A stretch of 54,656 nucleotides of DNA from Spirochaetia bacterium (GCA_052144915.1 JBKQPS010000026.1:1-54656), one strand, 5' to 3'. Shown: positions 38,859 to 48,598, counted from the first letter of the stretch. The notes: generated from the letters alone by a model not told the origin. A program made the numbers and translations.

Positions 38859-40379
38859 TCAGTAGTAGTGCACTTCCTTGAACGTGCTGAGAGGCTCGCC
38901 CGTGGCCATGTGCAGGATCTTCTCCTGCGTCGCCTCGGCGCGGCTCACCTCCCCGACCTTTCGTCCTTCGTGCATCACCATGATCCTGTCCGACATTGCG
39001 AGAATCTCGGGCATCTCGGAAGAGATCAGGATGATCGCCTTCCCTTCTTTCGCGAGGTTGGACATGATCTTGTAGATTTCGCTTTTTGTCGCCACGTCGA
39101 TCCCGCGGGTAGGTTCGTCCATGATCAGCAGGGCGGGGACGGTAGCGAGCCACCGGGAGACCAGGACCTTCTGCTGATTCCCGCCGCTCAAATACATGAC
39201 AAGCTGGTCGAGACTCGGCGTCTTGATGGTGAGAGAGCCCACCGCATCGCTGCAAAGCTTGCGCAGCGCGCGATGGTTGATGAAGAGCGCGTTCAGGTTG
39301 TTGCGCAGGCTGGGCATGGTGATGTTGTCCCTCACGGAAAGGTTCAGGTAGAGGCCGCTTCTTTTCCTGTCTTCGGTCAGAAATGCGACCCCGTGGCGGA
39401 TGGCATCATACGGGCTTTCGATACTCACCGTCTTTCCCCGAATCTTCACCACGCCCGCCTGCTTGGGCGAAACGCCGAAGAGGGATTCCATCACTTCGGT
39501 TCGTCCGGCCCCGATCAGCCCCGCGACGCCGAATATCTCCCCTTCCCGCACGGAGAAGCTGATGTCCCTGAAATACCCGTGGCGCGTGAGCCCTTCCACC
39601 TCGAGAACAGGAGCCCCGAAGGCCGCACTGTCCTTCTGGAAGAACTGGTCGATCGTGCGGCCGACCATCATCCTGATCAGCTTCTCCCGGGTGAGGTTGA
39701 CGCTGTCCTCCCTGCCGACGAACTCACCGTCACGGTACACCGACACTTCATCCGTGATGGCAAAGACTTCGTCCATCTTGTGGGTGATGTAGATCACCGC
39801 GACCCCGCGCTCCTTCAGGCTCCTGATGATGGTGAAAAGGTGCACGACCTCCTTCTCCGTGAGCGCAGAGGTGGGCTCATCCATGATGATCAGGTCCGCC
39901 TTGCGCGAGACGGCTTCCGCGATCTCCACCAGCTGCATCTGGGCCACGCTGAGCCTGCCCATGATCTGGCGTGGGGTGAGATTGATCTTCAGCTCCGTGA
40001 GCATCTCCGCCGCCGACGCGTCGATTGCCCGGTGGTCGATGAGGCCGAGCCGGTTCTTCATTTCCCGGCCGAGGAAGATATTCTGCGCAACGGTCATGTA
40101 GGGCAGCGGGCTCATCTCCTGGTGGATCATGGAAATGCCCTGGGAAAGGGCGTCATGGACACTCTCGAAGTTGACCTGCTTTCCCCGCAAGGTGATGGTG
40201 CCGGAGTCGGGCCGATACAGCCCGATGGCGATCTTCATCAACGTGGACTTGCCTGCCCCATTCTCGCCCATGACCCCGTGCACGCTGCCCGGCCGCACGG
40301 CAAGCCCGACGCCCTTCAAGGCCTGAACGCCAGGAAAGCTCTTGTGGATGTTCTGCATTTCCAGGATGTAGTCGCTCAC
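38859..40379 (-). CDS. sugar ABC transporter ATP-binding protein (two domains, RbsA/MglA-like)
   Basis: GENGAGKST, IMDEPT twice, TEDRK, LSGGNQQK. Confidence 0.95.
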   Translation of the reverse strand: MSDYILEMQNIHKSFPGVQALKGVGLAVRPGSVHGVMGENGAGKSTLMKIAIGLYRPDSGTITLRGKQVNFESVHDALSQGISMIHQEMSPLPYMTVAQNIFLGREMKNRLGLIDHRAIDASAAEMLTELKINLTPRQIMGRLSVAQMQLVEIAEAVSRKADLIIMDEPTSALTEKEVVHLFTIIRSLKERGVAVIYITHKMDEVFAITDEVSVYRDGEFVGREDSVNLTREKLIRMMVGRTIDQFFQKDSAAFGAPVLEVEGLTRHGYFRDISFSVREGEIFGVAGLIGAGRTEVMESLFGVSPKQAGVVKIRGKTVSIESPYDAIRHGVAFLTEDRKRSGLYLNLSVRDNITMPSLRNNLNALFINHRALRKLCSDAVGSLTIKTPSLDQLVMYLSGGNQQKVLVSRWLATVPALLIMDEPTRGIDVATKSEIYKIMSNLAKEGKAIILISSEMPEILAMSDRIMVMHEGRKVGEVSRAEATQEKILHMATGEPLSTFKEVHYY

Positions 40380-40422
40380 GCTCGCATTAACTCCCTGGTA
40401 GTCCCCCGTATGCGGGAAATGC

Positions 40423-40449
40423 GGGAGCCGGGCTGTACGCCCGGCTCCC
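40423..40449. terminator. stem-loop after the substrate-binding gene (attenuating or mRNA-stabilising)
   Basis: gggagccgggc-tgtac-gcccggctccc, a perfect 11-bp stem; no clear U-tract. Confidence 0.6.
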
Positions 40450-40463
40450 CGACGATCAAAGGC

Positions 40464-41384
40464 CTACTTCACGTACTTCTTGTAATTGTCATACGTCACC
40501 GGCTCGAACGGAATTACCGTAAACAACGGTACGCTCTGGTGGTTGATCAGCTTGAGGGCCGTCTGGACGGCGCCCCTTCCCTGGGCTCCGCCGTTCTGGA
40601 ACACGGTCATGTCCAGCCGCTTGTCCGCGATGAACTTCAAGGCGTCCGAGGTGGCATCGACACCGGTCACGACCACCTTGTCCTTCATGTGCTTCTCTTC
40701 CAGAACGAGAACCGCGCCGAGGGCCATCTCGTCATTGTTGGCGATGATGGCGTCTATGTTCACGCCGCTGGACAGCCAGTCCTCGACGACTGTGACTGCG
40801 GCAGGCCGCTGGAAATCCGCCGTCTGCTCGCGAACGACCTTGATGCCCGGGTACTTGGCGAGGACATCCTTGGAGCCCTGGGTCCGGCCGATCTGGGGGG
40901 CGCTTCCCATCGTGCCCATCAGGATCGCGACATTTCCCTTGCCGCCGAGCTTCTTGGCCACGAACTCACCCTCGAGACTCCCCGCAACCGTTTCGGGAGA
41001 GGCGACCGCCACGACCTTGCCCGCCACGAGCGCAGAGTCGTCGGGCTTGCGGTTGAAATAGACCAGCGGGATGTTCGCCGCCAGGCATTCTTTCGTGATG
41101 GTCGGCGCCAGCGTCTGGTCGATGACGTGGATCAGGATCGCGTCCACTCCCTGCGTGATGAAGTTCTCGACTTGCTTGAGCTGTTCGTTCGGGTCGCGCT
41201 TTCCATCCGCGGCGACGATGTCGACGTTGTCCTTCTTCGCTTCGGCGGTGAGCTGATCCAGCGCGTAGCGCATGAACACGTCATTGAAGTCTTCGATGGT
41301 AACCCCCATCTTGAGTTTGCCGGCCGAGAACGCCGTCGGCGCAATCATGAGCGCCACCACGGCGATGAGCAGGAACTTCCTCAT
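40464..41384 (-). CDS. sugar ABC transporter substrate-binding protein
   Basis: Signal peptide MRKFLLIAVVALMIAPTAFS; PLVYFNR, ANNDEMALGA, GVDAT, TVFQN; RBS AAGGAGG. Confidence 0.93.
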   Translation of the reverse strand: MRKFLLIAVVALMIAPTAFSAGKLKMGVTIEDFNDVFMRYALDQLTAEAKKDNVDIVAADGKRDPNEQLKQVENFITQGVDAILIHVIDQTLAPTITKECLAANIPLVYFNRKPDDSALVAGKVVAVASPETVAGSLEGEFVAKKLGGKGNVAILMGTMGSAPQIGRTQGSKDVLAKYPGIKVVREQTADFQRPAAVTVVEDWLSSGVNIDAIIANNDEMALGAVLVLEEKHMKDKVVVTGVDATSDALKFIADKRLDMTVFQNGGAQGRGAVQTALKLINHQSVPLFTVIPFEPVTYDNYKKYVK

Positions 41385-41418
41385 ACGGACCTCCTTGAAA
41401 AGATTTTTTGCGTTTGCG

Positions 41419-41434
41419 ATGCAAACGCTTGCAT
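41419..41434. promoter_or_regulatory. LacI-type operator upstream of the second ABC importer
   Basis: ATGCAAACGCTTGCAT near-palindrome with central CG. Confidence 0.7.
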
Positions 41435-41518
41435 ACAACCCACAAAAAGACAAAACCCTTTCCTTATGCTGACCATATAAGTTCGCCTCCCGACAAACGC
41501 TCGTCAAGTGTATTTTCC

Positions 41519-42610
41519 TTATTTGTCGGGATCCGGGATCATCTGGTCCCGGATGAGGGAGCCAAGGTCATCGACAGCCTTGCAGAACTGGCGCAGGGTC
41601 CTCCGCGTGGCCCCGTAGTCGTCGAACTCCGCCGGCGTCATTCCCTTTTCGTCGAATGCACGCCGGAAATCCTCGAACTTTGCGCTCAACTCTTCGACGA
41701 CCGTGGGCTCTACGGGCCTTTCCATGCGATTCTCCACGGTCACGTCCGATTCGTTGAACCTCTTCTGCCATTCGAAAGGCGGAGAAATCACCACGTCGCC
41801 GCCGATGAACTGGCTCCAGTGGAGATGGTTTCGGAATGCCGCGGAGAGCAGGCGCAGGCGGTATCCCCGTTCCCGGTAGGTGCGGTACGCCTTCTTCATC
41901 ACGGCCACTCCGGCCCAGTCGAGGACGCGCGGGTCCACGATGATGCCCTTTTTCTCGGCCACCACCTTCAGCCAGTCGTCGAGCCTCCCCACCATGAGCG
42001 TACAGACCGGACCCATGCGGCTGATGTCCTTTTTTTCCTTCTCCCGCCGCTTCAACCCCCGCTCGACGGCTTCCGCCACGGCGATGGCCTGGGGCAGCGT
42101 GAAGCTCACCGTGGCGTTGATGCTGATTCCCTGCCAGGTCGCCTCCTCCACCGCCTCCATGCCCGCGCGAGTCGCAGGAATTTTCACGATCACATTGGGG
42201 GCCAGAGCGTTGAATTTCACCGCCTGTTCAAGGATCGCCCCTGCGTTGCGGTACAGTTTCGGGTCGGTCTGGATCGAGAGCCGCCCATTCCTGCCTTTTT
42301 CTCTCTCGAAAACCGGTTCGAGCAGAGCGGCGGCTTTCGCGGACATCTCTTCCACGACGCGCCAGGCGATCTCGGTGTCCGAGGCGGTGGCCATCTCGCG
42401 GATGAGCTGGTCGATCCTGTCCTTCCAGAGCCCCCACTCCTTCTTCAGCACGGAGAGGACGATCACGGGGTTGCAGGTCGCCCCCACGGTTCCGTTGCGC
42501 TGGATGGATTCGCCGAGCTCCGCAAGCGAGCAGGAGTCGTTCCAGAGAACCGTCGGAGTCGTCCGGGTCATGAGGTGGAGGGTTGTCTCCGCGGTCGTGC
42601 TGCTCATCAT
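41519..42610 (-). CDS. transaldolase-family protein with atypical active site
   Basis: WNDS, ATCNP, Schiff-base IVKIPAT, INATVSF, MVGRLDD. Confidence 0.88.
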   Translation of the reverse strand: MMSSTTAETTLHLMTRTTPTVLWNDSCSLAELGESIQRNGTVGATCNPVIVLSVLKKEWGLWKDRIDQLIREMATASDTEIAWRVVEEMSAKAAALLEPVFEREKGRNGRLSIQTDPKLYRNAGAILEQAVKFNALAPNVIVKIPATRAGMEAVEEATWQGISINATVSFTLPQAIAVAEAVERGLKRREKEKKDISRMGPVCTLMVGRLDDWLKVVAEKKGIIVDPRVLDWAGVAVMKKAYRTYRERGYRLRLLSAAFRNHLHWSQFIGGDVVISPPFEWQKRFNESDVTVENRMERPVEPTVVEELSAKFEDFRRAFDEKGMTPAEFDDYGATRRTLRQFCKAVDDLGSLIRDQMIPDPDK

Positions 42611-42631
42611 ATGCCGGTCAGCCGCACGTCG

Positions 42632-43639
42632 TCATGCGTCGACTTCCGAGATCTTCACCGGCCGGCCCTCGGCGACAGATTTCTTTGCGGCAAAACCCAT
42701 GAGAAGCGGCTTCAGGCCGTCGATGTCTCCGACGGGGCTTGGCTTCCCGTCCAGGACCATGTCGAAAAAGGCGTTCATCTCATCGATGAATGCCTGTCGG
42801 TATCGTTCCAGGAAGAAGTACAGGGGCTTGTCGCCGGCAACTCCCGCCTCGTTGGAAAGGATGACGGAGGAGGGTGTGTCGTTGCCGCAGGCCAGGGCGC
42901 CCTTGGACCCAAACACCTCCACGCGTTGATCGTACCCGTACGTCGCCTTGCGCGAATTGTCGATCACACAGAGACAGCCGTTTGCGAACGTGATGGTGAC
43001 CACCGCGGTATCCACGTCCCCTGCTTTCCCGATGGAGGGATCGACGAGAACAGCGCCCTTCGCGTAGATCTCCACCGCATCCGAGCCCGCCATGTACCGG
43101 GCCATGTCGAAATCGTGGATGGTCATGTCCAGAAAGATGCCGCCGGAGACTTTCACGTACTCGGGCGGCGGCGGCGCGGGGTCGCGGGAGCTGATGCGCA
43201 CGATGTGCGGATCCCCGATCGCCCCTTGTTGCACGAGGTCCCGGATCCGCCGGAAGTTGTGGTCGAACCGGCGGTTGAAGCCCACCTGGATCTTCACACC
43301 CGCTTTCTTCACGTCGGCCAGGGCTTTCTTCACCCGTGCCACGGTGAGGTCGACGGGCTTCTCACAGAAAATGTGTTTCCCCCGCGCCGCCGCCGCGCTC
43401 ACCATGTCGGCATGCGTGTCGGTGGAGCTGCACACGATGACCGCGCCGATGTCGGGGTCCTCCAGCACATCGCGCGCGTTCGCGCTGACCTGCGTGATGC
43501 CGATGCCCTGCGCCCAGTCCCGTACCTTGTCGGCCGCGATATCCGCGATGCGGGTGATCTTCACCCGTGGGACATGGACTCTGATGTTTTCGGCGTGGAT
43601 CCTCCCGATTCTTCCCGCTCCGATCAGACCGACATTCAT
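42632..43639 (-). CDS. iolG: inositol 2-dehydrogenase
   Basis: IGAGRIGRIH, CSSTDTH, FCEKP, GFNRRFD, SRDP.PP, DMTIHDFD, YGYDQRVE; RBS AAGGAGG before ATG 43639. Confidence 0.9.
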   Translation of the reverse strand: MNVGLIGAGRIGRIHAENIRVHVPRVKITRIADIAADKVRDWAQGIGITQVSANARDVLEDPDIGAVIVCSSTDTHADMVSAAAARGKHIFCEKPVDLTVARVKKALADVKKAGVKIQVGFNRRFDHNFRRIRDLVQQGAIGDPHIVRISSRDPAPPPPEYVKVSGGIFLDMTIHDFDMARYMAGSDAVEIYAKGAVLVDPSIGKAGDVDTAVVTITFANGCLCVIDNSRKATYGYDQRVEVFGSKGALACGNDTPSSVILSNEAGVAGDKPLYFFLERYRQAFIDEMNAFFDMVLDGKPSPVGDIDGLKPLLMGFAAKKSVAEGRPVKISEVDA

Positions 43640-43718
43640 GCGCCCCTCCTTTGTCCTATCCGCACCTTGCAAACGGCCGCCATGCTGAGGCCGCCGGACC
43701 GCTTTGTCAAGCCCATCT

Positions 43719-44555
43719 TCAAAGATCACGACCAAAGCCAAGGAGTCCACCCGTCGAATAGGCTTTCAACGACTCGATTGCGCGCCGTGCTGCCTCCTCT
43801 GGGGACGGGTAAGGAAGAAACTCGCCAGAAATGTATCCGCCATAGCCCGTCTCTGCGAGAGTCCGCAAAATGAGAGGGAAATCCAGATGGCCGGCGCCGG
43901 GAAAACGTCGATTCGAATCGGCAACGTGGAAATGAAGAATTCTTCCGTTGCATCGTCGAATGCTCTCTTCGATCGAAGGCTCCTCGATGTTCATATGAAA
44001 GGTGTCGAGGAGCAAGCCGACATTTCTCGTTCCGAGCTGGCCCAGGATATCCATCCCTTCTGAAACCGTGTTGATCAAGCTTGTCTCATAGCGATTGATC
44101 GGTTCGATTGCGATTCTCACACCTGACTGTACGGCTCTCGCGGCGATCGCGCGGAGTCCGTCCAGGAGCAGCTCATGAACGGCGACCGACGGAGATCCCC
44201 TCACTACTCCCCGAACCAGGCCAACGATCAGAACCGCGTCCAGAACAGCCGCGAGATCGATATGACCGAACAATCGCTCGACTGCCTTTTTGCGTACGGA
44301 CCGATCGTCGTCTACAAGTGACAATCGGTCCTCGCCCCAGGCTTGCCCAGTCCCCACTGCGGAAACTTCCAAACCGGCCGAGGAGACGAGTCTTCTGATT
44401 TCAGTCGAATTGACGAGTGACGCGTCTCTCACGGCGAGCTCGACGCCGTCATACCCGTAGGAAGCGATCCGCGACAGATTCGCGCTCAGATCCCCACGGA
44501 ATGCCAAGGCGTCGAAACTCGTTTGATGCGTGGAAAGTACGATTGAGAGTTTCAC
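43719..44555 (-). CDS. iolO: 5-keto-L-gluconate epimerase
   Basis: N-terminus MKLSIVLST...FDALAFRGD and VELAVRD, GTGQA as recalled for Thermotoga IolO; EPINRYE, DTFHMNIEE, HVADSNR..PG.GH. Confidence 0.82.
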   Translation of the reverse strand: MKLSIVLSTHQTSFDALAFRGDLSANLSRIASYGYDGVELAVRDASLVNSTEIRRLVSSAGLEVSAVGTGQAWGEDRLSLVDDDRSVRKKAVERLFGHIDLAAVLDAVLIVGLVRGVVRGSPSVAVHELLLDGLRAIAARAVQSGVRIAIEPINRYETSLINTVSEGMDILGQLGTRNVGLLLDTFHMNIEEPSIEESIRRCNGRILHFHVADSNRRFPGAGHLDFPLILRTLAETGYGGYISGEFLPYPSPEEAARRAIESLKAYSTGGLLGFGRDL

Positions 44556-44558
44556 TGG

Positions 44559-45584
44559 TCACGATATCCCGACCTGGACAATTTTCCGGTTCCTGACCGC
44601 GTCCGTCGCCGCGCACGCCCATTCCACGGCTCTGAATCCATCTTCCAGACTTACAAAAGGTTGCCGGTCTTCGATAATGCAATCGCAAAAATCCTGCATC
44701 TCTGCGAGGAAGGTCGGCTCCCAGTACTCAAAGAACCAATCCACACATTTCACGGTCACTCCGTTGGCATTCATGTAGGTAACACGGTCCTTGACCGGCG
44801 TCGTTCCCACTCTGATGAACCCGTTACTTCCGTATACCTCGGTCTCAACGTGGTACCCATAGGAACAATTCCTGCTTGTCTCGATCTGCCCGATGACGCC
44901 GTTTTCGAACTGTGTGAGAACCGAACAATTGTCAATGTCTCCCACCGCCTTCAGTCCGTCGTAGACGAATACTCCGCCAAGACCGTAGACACTCTTCGCT
45001 TCTGAGCCCACCAGCCAGCGGGCGCAGTCGTAATCGTGGGTAAGCATGTCCATGACGAGTCCGCCGCTCGTCGGGCTGAACTTGATGATGAACTCTGCCA
45101 TGGATGCCGGGTCGCGGTTGATCATTCTGACCTGGATCGGCTTTCCAATAAAACCTTCGTCAATCTGCTGCTTCGCGTGTCGCAGCGATGTGTCAAAGCG
45201 ACGATTGTACCCGACCTGCAGCTTCATCCCGGAGTTCGCCTCGACCGCGGTCTTGATTCTTCGAATCTCCTGCATCGTCATCCCAATCGGCTTTTCGGTG
45301 TAGACGTTTTTTCTTCCCACCCGTGCGGCATCGCAGATCATGGTGGCATGCTCTTGAGAAGTCGAGGCGATGACGATCCCGTCAAGATCCTTGTTCTCGA
45401 GTATTTCCCTGTAGTCCTTCGTCACGAACTTCGGACTCATCTCCGCCGACACGGAATCCAGTTCCTCTCGGACGATGCTGCACACTGCAGTCAACTTCGC
45501 GTTCGGAATCTTGTAGAAGATATTCTCCGCATGTTTGCGGCCCAATCGGCCCAACCCGATGATTCCCAGTCGCACCTTATCCAC
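44559..45584 (-). CDS. Gfo/Idh/MocA-family inositol dehydrogenase
   Basis: IGLGRLG, EKP, GYNRRFD, SGG..MDMLTHDYD, YGYHVETE. Confidence 0.88.
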   Translation of the reverse strand: MDKVRLGIIGLGRLGRKHAENIFYKIPNAKLTAVCSIVREELDSVSAEMSPKFVTKDYREILENKDLDGIVIASTSQEHATMICDAARVGRKNVYTEKPIGMTMQEIRRIKTAVEANSGMKLQVGYNRRFDTSLRHAKQQIDEGFIGKPIQVRMINRDPASMAEFIIKFSPTSGGLVMDMLTHDYDCARWLVGSEAKSVYGLGGVFVYDGLKAVGDIDNCSVLTQFENGVIGQIETSRNCSYGYHVETEVYGSNGFIRVGTTPVKDRVTYMNANGVTVKCVDWFFEYWEPTFLAEMQDFCDCIIEDRQPFVSLEDGFRAVEWACAATDAVRNRKIVQVGIS

Positions 45585-45650
45585 GATGCACCCTCCCCGA
45601 CTCCCTGCCCGGCAGGGAGCAGAACCCTCTTTCCTGCGTGGAGCCGTCGG

Positions 45651-46700
45651 TCACATGTTCAGCATTACCTTGAAGGCGTGCTCTTTGTCATGCGTTGCGA
45701 CTTCGAACGCCTCATGGATCTTGTCCAGGGGAAAATGATGAGTGTTCAGCGCAGCAAAATCGTAGGTTCCACGAATACGGTCCATGAAGCGAATAGTCCG
45801 TTGGGCAAAGTTTTTCGTGCCTCCGGCGCCGGTAATCGCCAGCGTCCTCCAGATCGTCTTCCCTATTTCCAGGGGGATCTTTCTCCCGATCGAGTGACCG
45901 ACAAGACGGACTCTCGCGCCGTGACCGCCGATGTCGAAAAGCGAGGCGATTGCGGCGTCGTTTCCTGAGCATTCGACCACCACTGTTCCCATCCGCCCCT
46001 CCGTCAGATCTGCAATCTCCTGAATCAGCCGATCCTTGGGGTCGATCACGTGCTCGGCTCCGTATTTCCTGGCACGTTCGCGCCGGGATGCGACAGGATC
46101 AACCACGATGGTCTTCGCTCCGGACGTTCTGGCCACCATGCAGGCCGACAGGCCGACGGGACCGGCGCCATTGATGATCGCGATGTCTGAGGCATCGATG
46201 TATCCGCCGTTTCCCCAGATGCCGAAATAGCCTATCGAGAAGGTTTCCACCCATCCGGCGTCCTCAAAACTCCATTCATCGGGAACCCGGTGCAGGTACT
46301 GCTCTTCGATCACCATGTACTCTGACATTCCCCCCGGCGAGTCAGGCCGGAACCCCGCTTCCCGCATGTTCATGCAGGCCGAGGGCATCAGCCCGTCCTG
46401 GCAATTTCTGCACACGCCGCACTGCATGACACAGTCGCCGGTCACCTTGAATCCGGGCTTCATGCTGCGGACCTCACTGCCGACCGCGGCCACTTGCCCT
46501 CCCCATTCATGACCAGGCGTGTAGGGGCCGAGGTCGTATCGCCCTTCCTTCGAATGGCCTTCGAGGCATTCAACGTCCGATCCGCATACCCCGCATGCCC
46601 CGACCTTCACGAGCACCTGGTTTGTCTTCAGTGCTGGTACTTCGACTTTCTCGATTCGCAGGTCGTGTGGCCCGTAAAAAAACGCTGTCTTCGCCTTCAT
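45651..46700 (-). CDS. zinc-dependent (MDR) alcohol/polyol dehydrogenase
   Basis: CGVCGSD, GHE, CGVCRNC..C, GAGPVG; RBS GAGGTG before ATG 46700. Confidence 0.9.
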   Translation of the reverse strand: MKAKTAFFYGPHDLRIEKVEVPALKTNQVLVKVGACGVCGSDVECLEGHSKEGRYDLGPYTPGHEWGGQVAAVGSEVRSMKPGFKVTGDCVMQCGVCRNCQDGLMPSACMNMREAGFRPDSPGGMSEYMVIEEQYLHRVPDEWSFEDAGWVETFSIGYFGIWGNGGYIDASDIAIINGAGPVGLSACMVARTSGAKTIVVDPVASRRERARKYGAEHVIDPKDRLIQEIADLTEGRMGTVVVECSGNDAAIASLFDIGGHGARVRLVGHSIGRKIPLEIGKTIWRTLAITGAGGTKNFAQRTIRFMDRIRGTYDFAALNTHHFPLDKIHEAFEVATHDKEHAFKVMLNM

Positions 46701-46773
46701 CGTCCACCTCACTTGTATCAAGCAGTCATTTCGCCTGGCCGTTGCCTATGGAACCGATCCTTTCCGCTGATCT

Positions 46774-46832
46774 TCGCAAACGTTTGCAATGATGGGTAAA
46801 ACTTACTTTACTCCCCCTTGCCGGATTGTCAA
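46774..46832 (-). promoter_or_regulatory. promoter and LacI-type operator for the dehydrogenase-iolO operon
   Basis: GCAAACGTTTGC perfect palindrome (46776-46787) downstream of minus-strand TTGACA-N16-TAAAGT (46832-46805). Confidence 0.7.
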
Positions 46833-48427
46833 GCCTTTTCTTCCGCCAACAGCCATTCCGGGTTTGATCCGCCTGGAACGCGGCCAACGGCCGCGGCGGC
46901 ACTGCGCGGCAGTCGGAACGAGAAGGTGCTGCCGCGCATCGGCTCGCTCACGACGGAGATGCCGCCCCTGTTGAGCTCCACGAGCTCCTTGCAGAGGATG
47001 AGCCCCATGCCGTTTCCTTTCTCTGATTCGGTGCCGGGACAGGAGAAATGCACGTCGATCCGGAAAAGCTTTTCCAGCTCCTCCCGGCTCATGCCCACAC
47101 CGGTGTCCGACACGGAAACCAGCTGCCAGTCGCCTTCCTTCTCCGCCGAAAGCACGACCTGCCCCCCGCGAGGCGTGAACTTGACGGCGTTCGAGACGAG
47201 GTTTCGCAGCACGGTGGCGACCATGTTCTCGTCCGCGTAGGCCGCTGCGTCGAGGGACACCTGTGAAGCAATGCGGATCTCCTTGCTGGCTGCCGCGGAA
47301 CTCTGCAGCTCCATGATTCCTTCGCACAGCTCGCCAATGCGGATGCACGTCGGGCGGACCTCCAGCCGCCCGGTCTGCGCGCGGGCCCACTGGAGGATGC
47401 ACTCCAGGAGCTCCGCGCTTTGTAATGCCCCGTCGTGGAGGAGCGCACAAAGGTCCCGGACCTTCGAGGGTTCCAGCTCGTCGAATCTCCGCGCGAGGAG
47501 CTCGGAGATGGAGACCAGTCCGCCGATCGGGTTGCGAAGGTCGTGCGCGAGGATGGAAAAGAATTTGTCCTTCGAGAGGTTTGCCTTTCGCAGCTCCATC
47601 TCGTTTGCCTCGAGACGGACCTTTGCCCGTTCCAGCTCGCCGATGAGGGCAAGACGACCCCGGATCTTCCCGGAGAAAAGCGCTTGGTAGGCGAGAAAGA
47701 ACGCGCCGATCTTCAGGAAATGGCCGATCAGGTTCTGGTACCCATAGGCGCTGACGTAGAGCGTCAGCACGAGCTCGCTCATGATCGTGAGACCACAGGA
47801 GGAGCAGAGCAGCCATCGCTCCTTGAGGTTCAGCGTGTCGGGGTTTCGCGCCACGAGGTATAGGGAAAGGGCAAACACTGCGGAAATCGCATACTCGCAC
47901 CCTTTCTTGAACGGCGTGACCCCCACGCCTTCCACGAAACAGAGGGGGAAGTTGTCCCACCAGAACACGGAGAGCAGGGCCAGGACCGTGGCAGAACCAA
48001 CGAGGGTGAAGGCGAGGGCCGGCGAGACCGCCCGCCGCCGTGCGAGCAGCGCGAATGCAAGGGTCACGGCAGCCTGCAGGGCCCGGGCGGCGATCCAGAG
48101 CCTCGTCGCATCGTCGTGCTGGTTTGCGAGCACTCCCATGCCCCGGTAGGAGAGCATGTGGAAGCAGTCCAGGACGGCGACGCCCAGGTACCCGATACCC
48201 AGCAGTACGAAAGGCTTTGCCTCGAGGTATCCGCGCGAGCTCCAGGAGATCATGAACACCGCGCACGCCACACTGATGCTGAAGATTTCCGCGAGGCTAT
48301 GGAAAAGGAGATAGCTGAACCTGCTGGCGAGCAGGAGTCCCAGCACGACCGCGAGGGAGCACACCGCCGTTCGCAGAACCTTCACTTCGGGCCGGAGGGA
48401 GAGCCCCGGAAGAGCCGTCGACTCCAT
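46829..48427 (-). CDS. MASE3-domain sensor histidine kinase
   Basis: YLLFHSLAEIFS, HMLSYRGMG, NLIGHFLK membrane domain; KFFSILAHDLRNP, RNLVSNAVKFT, DTGVG, GMGL; start uncertain. Confidence 0.9.
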   Translation of the reverse strand: MESTALPGLSLRPEVKVLRTAVCSLAVVLGLLLASRFSYLLFHSLAEIFSISVACAVFMISWSSRGYLEAKPFVLLGIGYLGVAVLDCFHMLSYRGMGVLANQHDDATRLWIAARALQAAVTLAFALLARRRAVSPALAFTLVGSATVLALLSVFWWDNFPLCFVEGVGVTPFKKGCEYAISAVFALSLYLVARNPDTLNLKERWLLCSSCGLTIMSELVLTLYVSAYGYQNLIGHFLKIGAFFLAYQALFSGKIRGRLALIGELERAKVRLEANEMELRKANLSKDKFFSILAHDLRNPIGGLVSISELLARRFDELEPSKVRDLCALLHDGALQSAELLECILQWARAQTGRLEVRPTCIRIGELCEGIMELQSSAAASKEIRIASQVSLDAAAYADENMVATVLRNLVSNAVKFTPRGGQVVLSAEKEGDWQLVSVSDTGVGMSREELEKLFRIDVHFSCPGTESEKGNGMGLILCKELVELNRGGISVVSEPMRGSTFSFRLPRSAAAAVGRVPGGSNPEWLLAEEKA

Positions 48428-48598
48428 GGGGAGGATTGTAGCGGGCCGGTCACGGACATGTAAAGCGAGGCGGACTCGGACATCACCGCGCCGCCGGTCC
48501 GCGCCGCCCGACCGTGCCGTGCCTTGCGACACTCCCCGCAGAGGGCTATACAATTCCGGGGACGCCGGAAAGTGGATGGAAAGGGTCGTGGACCGGAA

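Noticed and set aside
43704-46835. TTGTCAAGCC direct repeat flanking the lower-GC iolO block
   Set aside because: Better explained as independent minus-strand TTGACA -35 boxes; similar sequence also occurs at 34719 and 35892.
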